A stretch of DNA of 64,000 nt from an uncultured Methanomassiliicoccales archaeon (GTDB lineage Archaea; Thermoplasmatota; Thermoplasmata; RBG-16-68-12; EA-27), in contig CAYNEM010000006.1 of the NCBI GenBank assembly GCA_964396265.1, forward strand, positions 60,789-124,788, read 5' to 3'. Each line of letters begins with the position of its first letter. Within the stretch, counting starts at the first letter, position 1. Below are positions 19,287 to 27,002 of this stretch, piece after piece. The translations under genes were made by a program, and so were the position numbers. Under the pieces are notes generated by a model that was not told the origin of the DNA, made no database searches, and saw only the letters and a program-made list of their open reading frames with translations.

Positions 19287-19352
19287 CTAGGAATCCTTCT
19301 CCTGCGGGAGCGTCGATACGCGCGCGTAGAGTGCGACTCGCTGAGTGCCCAT
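19287..19352 (-). pseudogene. duplicated 5' fragment of the serine recombinase gene (21 codons then a stop)
   Basis: Translates MGTQRVALYARVSTLPQEKDS* against MAAQRVALYTRVSTEDQ.. of the full gene immediately downstream. A ~30-bp direct repeat (GTAGAGTGCGAC.CG.TGAG.TGCCCAT) spans both start codons. Confidence 0.6.
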
Positions 19353-19626
19353 CCCGGGCCCGCATTTGCGCGTCGGCACTTAAAAGTGAGTCCGCAAGAG
19401 CACGCGATGCCCCAGAGTGAGTTCGAACCATGCCCCACATCGTGCTACATCGTGGCGAGTGACGGACCGTGTTTAGATTCAAGCTTGAATCGCCTCGTTC
19501 CAAACGCGAACTGCGAGACTAGTCTTGGATGCACCTAAACCGACCGCATCCGCGGTACAACGTCCCACCCTGGGCAACGATCGGGCCTGCCCGTTCCGCG
19601 GCCCTCGTTCGCTAGGCCCCCGGCTG

Positions 19627-19761
19627 ATGAACGAAAAAGAAAAGCAAGGCCCCGCGCTCGGCGCGTTCTGCAAGCTGGATTGGCGGCTCTTCGACCCGGC
19701 GAACCTCGAGGGGCGGTTCGATGGAGAGCGGTACTTGGAAGCTGTCCCGGGAATGAAGTGA
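19627..19761 (+). CDS. small conserved ORF A (~44 aa), paralog of ORF B
   Basis: MNEKEKQGPALGAFCKLDWRLFDPANLEGRFDGERYLEAVPGMK. It shares LDWRLFDxAxLxxRFxGxRYxE with ORF B at 20632. The two copies differ mostly at synonymous sites. Confidence 0.5.
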   Translation: MNEKEKQGPALGAFCKLDWRLFDPANLEGRFDGERYLEAVPGMK

Positions 19762-19802
19762 CGGACGGTCGCTGAGGTCCGGCTGATTACATTTAATTAC
19801 AT

Positions 19803-19810
19803 TTATATAC
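19803..19810 (+). promoter_or_regulatory. TATA box (TTTATATA) for the UPF0175/PIN operon, preceded by tandem ATTACATTTA repeats
   Basis: AT-rich motif 30 nt upstream of ATG 19833 in an otherwise GC-rich genome. Implies a leaderless transcript. Confidence 0.6.
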
Positions 19811-19832
19811 AAGTGTAACGCTGGCAACCTCC

Positions 19833-20132
19833 ATGAAGGTCATCACCGTCCGGATCCCCGACGAGGATGCCGAGTCCCTGGAGTCCATCGAGCGCGCCGA
19901 GAAGGTGGACCGCGCGGCCGCGGTCCGGAAGCTCCTCTCCGAGGGCATCAACCGGTGGAAGGTGCAGAGGGCCCTGGATCTCCTCCGCCAGCATCGGGTG
20001 ACCCTGCGCACAGCGGCGCGCATGGCGGGCCTCTCCTACGGGGAGATGTTCGATCTGGCGGGCCGGGCGGACATCACGACAGGCTATTCCCTTCAGGACC
20101 TCCGACAGGACCTGGGGGAGCCGGACCGGTGA
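19833..20132 (+). CDS. UPF0175-family antitoxin-like protein
   Basis: 99 aa. C-terminal HTH (VTLRTAARMAGLSYGEMFDLAGRADI) typical of UPF0175. Strong TATA box TTTATATA at 19803-19810, 30 nt upstream of the ATG. Its stop overlaps the start of the PIN gene. Confidence 0.75.
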   Translation: MKVITVRIPDEDAESLESIERAEKVDRAAAVRKLLSEGINRWKVQRALDLLRQHRVTLRTAARMAGLSYGEMFDLAGRADITTGYSLQDLRQDLGEPDR

Positions 20133-20632
20133 TCGTCGATTCCTCCGCCCTCATCCCGCTCAGCCGCATCGGCCGCCTCGACCTGCTTCGCCGGTTGTAC
20201 CGCCCTGTGAGGACGACGCGGGACGTCTACCGCGAGTGCGTCGAGGAGGGGGCAGCCCGGCCCGGAGCCGACGCCCTTCGCGAGGCCTGCGAGCGGTGGC
20301 TTGAGGTCGTGGAGCCCCCCCGCGGCGCCGCGCGACTGGCCGCCGCCGAGGGGATCGAGCTAGCCGACGCCTCGCTCCTGCTCCTGTGCGAGGAGGCGAA
20401 GGACGCCCTGCTCACGAACGACGACCACCTGATGCGCGTGGCCCGGGCGCGCGGGATCCGGGGGCGCTGGCTCACGGGCGCCGTCCTCGCCGCCACACGG
20501 AGGGGACTGTTGACCCCCGCGGAGGCGAAGGAGCTCGTGACCCGGCTCGTCGGCGAGGGACTGTGGCTCTCCCCCCAGGTCTTCGTGGCAGTGCTGGACG
20601 CAATTGAGGCGATGACCGCTTCCCCGCGGTGA
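20129..20632 (+). CDS. PIN-domain toxin (DUF3368-like), partner of the UPF0175 gene
   Basis: GTG start overlapping the antitoxin stop as GTGA. VIVDSSALIPL.. and ..LLTNDDHLMRVA.. acidic residues fit a PIN nuclease of the type usually paired with UPF0175. Confidence 0.7.
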   Translation: MIVDSSALIPLSRIGRLDLLRRLYRPVRTTRDVYRECVEEGAARPGADALREACERWLEVVEPPRGAARLAAAEGIELADASLLLLCEEAKDALLTNDDHLMRVARARGIRGRWLTGAVLAATRRGLLTPAEAKELVTRLVGEGLWLSPQVFVAVLDAIEAMTASPR

Positions 20633-20772
20633 TGGCAGGTGAACGCAGAGAGCTATTGGACTGGCGACTGTTTGATTCCGCGACACTGTCCCGGCGGTTC
20701 AACGGGGACAGGTACGTCGAGCGCCTGAAGGGCCTGAGGCCGTCCCCGGACGAGGTTCGGCGAAAGGCTTAG
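20632..20772 (+). CDS. small conserved ORF B (~46 aa), paralog of ORF A
   Basis: MAGERRELLDWRLFDSATLSRRFNGDRYVERLKGLRPSPDEVRRKA. Its ATG overlaps the PIN gene stop as TGATG. Confidence 0.5.
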   Translation: MAGERRELLDWRLFDSATLSRRFNGDRYVERLKGLRPSPDEVRRKA

Positions 20773-20784
20773 GGCCCAGATGGG

Positions 20785-21138
20785 TCAGCCTTTGAGCCAC
20801 TTGGAGGCCCTCTTTGCGTCCCGCTCGAGTTCCTCGGGCGAATACCGGAAGTAGGGGATGCCCCGCTTGGCGGCCTCGTCGACCATTTCGTAGATACTCA
20901 CGCCAGCGTAGGCGGCAGCCCCGCCAAGGCTGAACTTGCCATGGAGGTACTTCTCCAGCGCGCGTTCCATTCGCAGCCGCCGGAGGCCCTCGTCCACCGC
21001 CCGCCGCGCCACGTCGGATCGGAGGAGGCGGAGGTCCGCGGCCAGCTCATCGATCTCCTCTAGGACATGCTCGTCCTTGCGGATCTGGAGGTTCTTCACA
21101 GGGCGATGTAATGACTTGTCATGTGATAAACTTTCCAT
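20785..21138 (-). CDS. UPF0175-like HTH protein (orphan antitoxin-like)
   Basis: 117 aa from ATG 21138. C-terminal ..KFSLGGAAAYAGVSIYEMVDEAAKRGIPY.. resembles the UPF0175 HTH. The longer 266-aa ORF upstream of it is low-complexity and unlikely to be translated. Confidence 0.5.
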   Translation of the reverse strand: MESLSHDKSLHRPVKNLQIRKDEHVLEEIDELAADLRLLRSDVARRAVDEGLRRLRMERALEKYLHGKFSLGGAAAYAGVSIYEMVDEAAKRGIPYFRYSPEELERDAKRASKWLKG

Positions 21139-21287
21139 CAGACGAGCCTCAGTGGAGGTTCCACCCTCCGCCGCGGGAAAGGAAGGAAGGGGAACAGGAC
21201 CCCCGGCGGAGGAACGTGCGCCAGGTCCAAGGCATGGGATTCTGCCATCGATGTATTTAAATGGCATTATGGCATAGTCTACCGCCG

Positions 21288-21554
21288 ATGGCGGAGCTCG
21301 TTTCGGTGGACCGCGCAGGGCGCGTCGTGCTGCCCAAGAAGATCCGAGACGCCTTGGGTATCGACGAGCGGACGAAGCTCCTCGTCGCGGTCGGTGAGCA
21401 CGGTCGACTGGTGCTCCAGAAAGTGGATGTGGAGGCCATCGCGGGTCGGCTGGAGAAGGAACTCGCCGGGAAGGACGTGGATGCGATTGTCCGGAAAGTC
21501 CGGAGGGAGATGAAGGCCCTTGCCCGCCGCCGGTATCCGGACCTTCTTGCTTGA
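21288..21554 (+). CDS. vapB: AbrB/SpoVT-type antitoxin (VapB-like)
   Basis: MAELVSVDRAGRVVLPKKIRDALGI.. swapped-hairpin AbrB motif. TATA-like TATTTAAAT at 21254-21262. Confidence 0.8.
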   Translation: MAELVSVDRAGRVVLPKKIRDALGIDERTKLLVAVGEHGRLVLQKVDVEAIAGRLEKELAGKDVDAIVRKVRREMKALARRRYPDLLA

Positions 21555-21951
21555 CACGAACGTCTTCGTGGCAGCGGTGAAGCACCCGGCGAGGGAGACC
21601 GCCACGCTCCGTCTCCTCCTCGAGGTCCTTCGGCGCGACGACGTCGCTCTCGTCGGGAACGACCTGTGGCTCGAAGAGATGCTCCGGTATGCCGAGGCCT
21701 TCCGTTCCGAGACCGCCTCCCAGCTCGTCGCCGCCTTAGTCGAGAAGACGCGGTTCGTTCGCGTCGACGCAAGCTTTCGGGCCGTCTGCCGACGGTTCAT
21801 GACCACTCCCGACCCCGCGGATGTCCTCCACGCCGCGACCTGCCTGCAGGAACGGGCGGTCCTCGTCACGAACGATCGGCACTTCGACCGGATCCGGAAG
21901 GAGGGCATCGTCGAGGTCTGGGACATCGCGAAAGCCATTCACTCCCTCTGA
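21520..21951 (+). CDS. vapC: PIN-domain toxin VapC
   Basis: FLLDTNVFVAA.. and ..VTNDRHF.. match conserved PIN acidic residues. Overlaps the 3' end of vapB, so its exact start is uncertain. Confidence 0.8.
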   Translation: MPAAGIRTFLLDTNVFVAAVKHPARETATLRLLLEVLRRDDVALVGNDLWLEEMLRYAEAFRSETASQLVAALVEKTRFVRVDASFRAVCRRFMTTPDPADVLHAATCLQERAVLVTNDRHFDRIRKEGIVEVWDIAKAIHSL

Positions 21952-22178
21952 GTCCCGCCGTTAGGTCGATGGACGAGTGCGAGCCGTAGCTGGACTAGCC
22001 GACGTTCTGCAAGGTGGAGTGGCAGCTCTTGACCCCGTCGACCTGACGCCCGTCCCGAAAGCTGGCATCGGATCCCCGATGGGGCGAGGCGACTTCTCCG
22101 CGACATGTCGCGCGCATCCCTTTCGACAGAGAAACCCAACCAGGCTCGGCGGCGACGAGCCGCCAGAAGGACCCAACC

Positions 22179-22637
22179 ATGCGAACGAACGAAGAAGGTG
22201 TGTCTCCGGTGATTGCGACCATCCTGATGGTGGCGATCACCGTGGTGTTGGCGGCGGTGCTGTACGTGATGGTGACGAACCTGATCGACGACCCCGGCGG
22301 ACGGCGACCCATCGTCACCCTGGACTCGATGGGATGCGATGCGGTTGAGTGCCGGGGGCGCGTGACGGCTGCCTCGTCGCCCTCGGTCGATCTGGGCCGG
22401 TTCCGCGTGACCGTCCTCGCCGACGGGAACGCCCTGATCCTCCCGACGGAACTTGTGGCCGGCGTGGACATCAGCGGAGGGGGCCTCACGCTCCGATACA
22501 CGGATCTTGGTGCCGAGGGGAAGGTGACGGGCGGCGACACGTTCCGCATCACGGGGATCTCGGCGGGGGTGGAGTACGAGGTCGTTCTCTTGTGGAACGA
22601 CGGAACGGGAATCCAGTCCGTGACGTTCAGCACCTAG
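22179..22637 (+). CDS. archaeal type IV pilin-like protein (class III signal peptide, DUF1628-type N-terminus)
   Basis: MRTNEEGVSPVIATILMVAITVVLAAVLYVMV is a typical prepilin-peptidase (PibD/FlaK) substrate N-terminus (..G/VSPVIA..). Confidence 0.8.
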   Translation: MRTNEEGVSPVIATILMVAITVVLAAVLYVMVTNLIDDPGGRRPIVTLDSMGCDAVECRGRVTAASSPSVDLGRFRVTVLADGNALILPTELVAGVDISGGGLTLRYTDLGAEGKVTGGDTFRITGISAGVEYEVVLLWNDGTGIQSVTFST

Positions 22638-22664
22638 GCGGGAGCCCCCCGCCTCCTCTTTTTT

Positions 22665-24953
22665 TCAATTCCCCCGATCCACCAACAGCCGCTGGACCTC
22701 GTCGCGGTCCCTGCGCGCCCCGAGCCCTTCGAAGATCGCGAGCGCTCGCCGCAGGTGCTCGAGGCCACGGGCATCCGTGCGGAGGCGCCCGAGGTTGCGG
22801 TGCACCTCCCCCATCTGCCAGAGGAAGCCGAGCTTCTCGGACAGCACGAGGCTCCGCTCGTAGAACCTGGCGGCGTTCGCCGCATCCCCCTTCCGCCGGT
22901 ACGCCTCCCCGATGTTGTTGTACAGGATCGCGACCGTGCGGTGGTCGCCCAGCTCCTCGCTCAGCCGGAGCGCGTCCGCGTAGTCCGCGAGCGCGCCGTC
23001 GACGTCGTCCCGCTGCCACCGCAGGATTCCGAGGTTGTTGAGCGCGCCCGCGACCCCGGCCGCATCGCCGACGGCCTCGTACGCCTCCCGGCTGCGGCGG
23101 TACAGGTCCGCGGCGGCGTCGAGGTTCCCCGCCTGCCATTCGAGGATGCCCAATGCGTTGAGGATGCGCGCCACGATCGACTGGTCGGCGTCGCCGACGA
23201 TCCCCAGTGCGCGCTCGAACGAGGCGCGCGCGACATCGAAGTCCCCTTGGCGGTATTCGATCACGCCGAGCTCGAGGACGCCGCGCGCCTCGCCTCGCCG
23301 GTCGCCAAGATCCTCCGCGAGGGAGCGCGCCTCGTCGAAGCTCTCCCGGGCGCCGGGCCATTCGCCGCGGACGGACTGGAGCTCGCCTCGCAGGAGGAGC
23401 AGGGGGACGCGGCCCGCGGGCTCCAGCGCCCGCAGGTCGAACGAGGCGAGGAGCTTCATCACGTCGTTCTGGAGGCCTTTGGCGGCGAGGGAGCGGCCGA
23501 TTCCGCCGAGGAGCGCGGCCGCGTCCTTCGTGCGTCCCGCCTGGATGAGGTGGTACAGCATCTCGACGCGCGCCTCGGGGTCCGCGAGGGCCTCGTAGTG
23601 CGACGCCGCGAGCGCGTGCAACCGGAGGCGCTGGGGCGTGGTCAGGCGTGAATAGAAGAACTCCCGGAGGAGGTCGTGCATGTCCGCAGTGCCGCCGCCA
23701 ATCCGGACGAGGGACCGCTCCGCAAGCGCCTCGAGGCGACCGACGTCGCTGACCTCTGGCGCGACGGCCTCGAGGGCGACGGGATGGCGGTGCACCGCCA
23801 GCGAGGCGACGATATCCTGTTCTCGTGCATCAAGCTTCGAGGCGACCTCCTCGCGCAGGTACGCGCGCACGTCCGTCATTCCCTGACCGCCCGAGGCCGC
23901 GACGAGCTCGAGGAACAGGGGATGGCCCTTCGTCGCCACCACGAGTTCCGCGCGCCGGTCTGCGGGTACGCCCCGATCTTGCAGGAGCCGGAGGGCGCTC
24001 GCCTCATCGAGGCCGCCAAACTCGAGCTCGACCACGAGGCCCTCGAGGCTGACCTCCCGCCGCGAGTAGAACACGGGGATCCGACGCCCGGCGATCACGA
24101 GCTTCGCGCGCGTCCCCCCGAGCACGCGAACGAGCTGGGTCAGCAGGCCGGCCAACCCCTCCGGAGCCTTGTGGACATCGTCCAGGAAGGCAATCATGGG
24201 GAGGTCGCGGACCTCCGCGGCGATCCGGGTCAGCATCTCCTCGACGGGGACCGTCCGCTGCACGTCGATTGTGCGCCCGACCTCCCGCAGTTTGGCGGCG
24301 ATCCCCGCGAGGACCTGCTCCGTGGTCGTCCACTCCGTCACGCGGAACCATACGGTGACGGCGGAATCGGCGCCCTCCGCGAGCCGCGCGAGGAAGGCGG
24401 TCTTGCCGACGCCTGGCAGTCCCCGGACCGTTAAGCACACGGCCGGTGACTTGAGGAACTCGCGCGCTGCCGCCAATTCCCGGGACCGCCCGTAGAAGCG
24501 CCTGGGGGTCGCGGTCGTCGGGGGCGCACGCGCGCGGGAGGCGTCAAGATCGAGTACACCGTCCGTCGCCGCCAATGCGAGGTCGAGGAGCGTCGTTCCC
24601 ATGGGGGCGAGCGGCAGAGATTGCGAGAGTTCGGCGATCTGTTCCGTGCCGCCGGAACGCACGCGCACACGCGTGGCGGCGATCCGCGTCCGCAAGGCCT
24701 CCGCCGCCTGGGCCCCCGCGGGGGTCAGCACGTACACCTTGCGCCGCCGGCCGCCCGCCTCCACGTGGGCCATCCGTTTCGTGACGTGCCCGCGCGTCTC
24801 CATCTCGCCGAGGACGGCGGAGACGTGGCTGCGGCGCACGCTGACCGCGAGGGCGATCCCCTGCTGCGTCATCTCGAACGGGACCTCGAAGCGCTCCCCG
24901 CGGCGCACGTACGCGAGGAGGTGGAGCAGGATGCGCTCCTCCGCGGTCAGCAT
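22665..24953 (-). CDS. STAND-class NTPase with N-terminal winged-helix, central NB-ARC-like AAA ATPase and C-terminal TPR repeats
   Basis: N-terminal MarR/ArsR-like wHTH (LLHLLAYVRRGERFEVP..). Walker A GLPGVGKTAFLARL and Walker B MIAFLDDVH. C-terminal TPR units (ALNNLGILRWQRDDVDGALADYADALRLSEELGD..). Confidence 0.85.
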   Translation of the reverse strand: MLTAEERILLHLLAYVRRGERFEVPFEMTQQGIALAVSVRRSHVSAVLGEMETRGHVTKRMAHVEAGGRRRKVYVLTPAGAQAAEALRTRIAATRVRVRSGGTEQIAELSQSLPLAPMGTTLLDLALAATDGVLDLDASRARAPPTTATPRRFYGRSRELAAAREFLKSPAVCLTVRGLPGVGKTAFLARLAEGADSAVTVWFRVTEWTTTEQVLAGIAAKLREVGRTIDVQRTVPVEEMLTRIAAEVRDLPMIAFLDDVHKAPEGLAGLLTQLVRVLGGTRAKLVIAGRRIPVFYSRREVSLEGLVVELEFGGLDEASALRLLQDRGVPADRRAELVVATKGHPLFLELVAASGGQGMTDVRAYLREEVASKLDAREQDIVASLAVHRHPVALEAVAPEVSDVGRLEALAERSLVRIGGGTADMHDLLREFFYSRLTTPQRLRLHALAASHYEALADPEARVEMLYHLIQAGRTKDAAALLGGIGRSLAAKGLQNDVMKLLASFDLRALEPAGRVPLLLLRGELQSVRGEWPGARESFDEARSLAEDLGDRRGEARGVLELGVIEYRQGDFDVARASFERALGIVGDADQSIVARILNALGILEWQAGNLDAAADLYRRSREAYEAVGDAAGVAGALNNLGILRWQRDDVDGALADYADALRLSEELGDHRTVAILYNNIGEAYRRKGDAANAARFYERSLVLSEKLGFLWQMGEVHRNLGRLRTDARGLEHLRRALAIFEGLGARRDRDEVQRLLVDRGN

Positions 24954-25010
24954 GTCGGACGCCGAGCGGGGTCCGGGGGTATGAAGATGAGGGCGACGTG
25001 TCGGTCCGCT

Positions 25011-25514
25011 TCACTTGGGGGCCTCGGAGGACTCAGGCCCCGGGCCAACTTCAGCTTCCTTGGTCTTTGGCAGATACTTCACCGCACGACCCCATCTGTA
25101 GATGACCCACAGCTCCGTCTTCTCGGGCGAGACAATGAACATCATGGGGTTGGCGATCGAGCCGATCAGGTTACCAAGCGGTCGCTGCCGTCCGCTGGCG
25201 AGACGAGCCGAAGCGGCAAACAGCCGCTCGTCCTGGGGCTTCTTGAGTTCGTTCGCCTGAAGGGACAGGGAGAGATGCTCAATGGTGTCCCATCGCATGC
25301 GTTCCGTCCGGGGGACCCATGTCAAGACCACCGCGTCCCTTGAGAACCCGACGCGGATGGGCTGGGACACGAGGAGCACCCCCGCGGATAATCCCACCAA
25401 GAGAAGTATGGCTCCGAGGAGGCCGATTCGATGGGGTGTCGAGGTGAAGATGATGCCCACCACGATGAACATGGGGAGAACGACAAGCCACAGTTCAGCC
25501 ATGAAGCGTGCCAT
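25011..25514 (-). CDS. small membrane protein with PH-like (YdbS/bPH_2-like) domain
   Basis: 167 aa from ATG 25514, two N-terminal TM helices then a soluble domain. The ORF-track extension to 26636 is antisense junk. Confidence 0.6.
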   Translation of the reverse strand: MARFMAELWLVVLPMFIVVGIIFTSTPHRIGLLGAILLLVGLSAGVLLVSQPIRVGFSRDAVVLTWVPRTERMRWDTIEHLSLSLQANELKKPQDERLFAASARLASGRQRPLGNLIGSIANPMMFIVSPEKTELWVIYRWGRAVKYLPKTKEAEVGPGPESSEAPK

Positions 25515-25640
25515 CCAACGGACCGCCCCACGGTTGGTTTCCCAGTGGATGTCGCTCTCCAACCTTACACCTTGGATTGCGACCCCATGGCATGAGGCGG
25601 CTTGAATTCGTCCGAAAAGGGTTAGAACCCGTGCGGCCGT

Positions 25641-26567
25641 GTGGCGCCGATGGTCTTCGCGAACCGACTGCGCGACTTCCCTCTGGTCCTTGAGGTCGTG
25701 CCCCCCCACGGCCGCGCGAGCGACAAGGCCGTCCGGAGCCTCGTGAAGAAGGTCCACGAGGCCGTCGGCACGATCCCCCGACTCGACGCCGTGAACATCC
25801 CGGAGATCCTGGACGAGAACCACGCGGGGATGCCGTTCTATCGGAACATGGACCCGCGGCGGTTCGCGGGCCTGCTGAACCTCGAGGGTCCCCTCGAGCC
25901 GATCGTGAACAAGGTCGTCGTCCACATGGAGGGCGTGGGGGCGTTCGACACGTGGGTCAAGGAGTCCCTCGACGCGTACGGCCTGCGGAACTTCGTCCTC
26001 GTCGGCGGGGGGAGCAGCCGCGTCACCTACCCGGGGCCGACGGTGGCGGGGGCGAACGAGAGGCTCGCGCACCTCACCGAGGCGTACAAGGGAGTCGTGG
26101 GGGGAAACATCGCGATCCCGGAGCGGAGGGACGAGGTGTCCCGCCTCGTCGGGAAGACGCGCACGGGCAGCCGGTTCTTCACGACGCAGGTGCTGTTCGA
26201 GGCGGAGCCGATCGCGACGACGCTGCGGCACTACGGCGAGGCGTGCCACTACGAGGGCGTGCACCCCGCGACGGTGCTCCTCAGCTTCGCGCCCGTGTCG
26301 GACTACCAGGACGTAGAGTTCCTCGCATGGCTCGGGGCGACCGTGACGCCGGAGACGGAGGAGCGCCTGCTCCAGCGCGGGGTTCGCCCGGGCGTCGCGT
26401 CGCTCCAGGTGGCCCTCAAGATCCTCACGAAGATCCGCGACGCGGTCGAGGGCTCGCCACACCCGGTGCCGCTCGGCGCGAACGTCGAGCAGATCGCGAC
26501 GCACAACTTCGAGCTGGCGGTGAAAATGGCGCAGGAGTTCCTCGCGTGGAAGGACGCGAAGGTCTAA
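25641..26567 (+). CDS. methylenetetrahydrofolate reductase (MetF)-like protein
   Basis: 308 aa, TIM-barrel-like. ..LVLEVVPPHGRASDKAVRSLVKKVHEAVGTIPRLDAVNIPE.. resembles the MTHFR family start. Moderate confidence without a search. Confidence 0.5.
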   Translation: MAPMVFANRLRDFPLVLEVVPPHGRASDKAVRSLVKKVHEAVGTIPRLDAVNIPEILDENHAGMPFYRNMDPRRFAGLLNLEGPLEPIVNKVVVHMEGVGAFDTWVKESLDAYGLRNFVLVGGGSSRVTYPGPTVAGANERLAHLTEAYKGVVGGNIAIPERRDEVSRLVGKTRTGSRFFTTQVLFEAEPIATTLRHYGEACHYEGVHPATVLLSFAPVSDYQDVEFLAWLGATVTPETEERLLQRGVRPGVASLQVALKILTKIRDAVEGSPHPVPLGANVEQIATHNFELAVKMAQEFLAWKDAKV

Positions 26568-27002
26568 GGTCCTCCCAGGTTGATCCCTCCCATTGAGTTT
26601 TCGTCCGCGATCAGAACTCACGACGGTGGAGGACAAGGTCCCTCACTCGAGGGGAACGGTCCCTCGAACGCAGGGAACATCCCTCGATTGGGGGGCCAAG
26701 AAGGACCGCACCGTGCACACTCGGCACCGCTTGAGGCCGAGCCGCCCTTGGTTGAGGGGACCTCTGCCCCCATCGAAGGGAACGTCCCATCAGTCCGGGG
26801 GATGCACGCCGGACTCCCGAGCGCGTCGCCCCCCATTGAGGGAAATCTCGCAGCGTGGAGAGAAGGTCTACCCGGATGGGGCGGCCCCCTTCCTCAATCG
26901 AGACGGAGACGCCCTCCATCGATGGAGAGTTCCTAACGACCGAGGGGAGAGGAGCCTGCACATCGACGACCGCCGACGCCAAAGAAGACGGTCCACCGCC
27001 CT

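Noticed and set aside
19393-19425. Possible tRNA-fragment att site (contains GTTCGAAC, reminiscent of a T-loop)
   Set aside because: I could not fold the flanks into T-stem or acceptor-stem pairing on either strand. Kept only as a palindromic motif within the island finding.
20785-21585. Long form (266 aa) of the minus-strand ORF upstream of the UPF0175-like gene
   Set aside because: The N-terminal 150 aa are P/S/R/G low complexity. Only the last 117 aa (from ATG 21138) look like a folded HTH protein.
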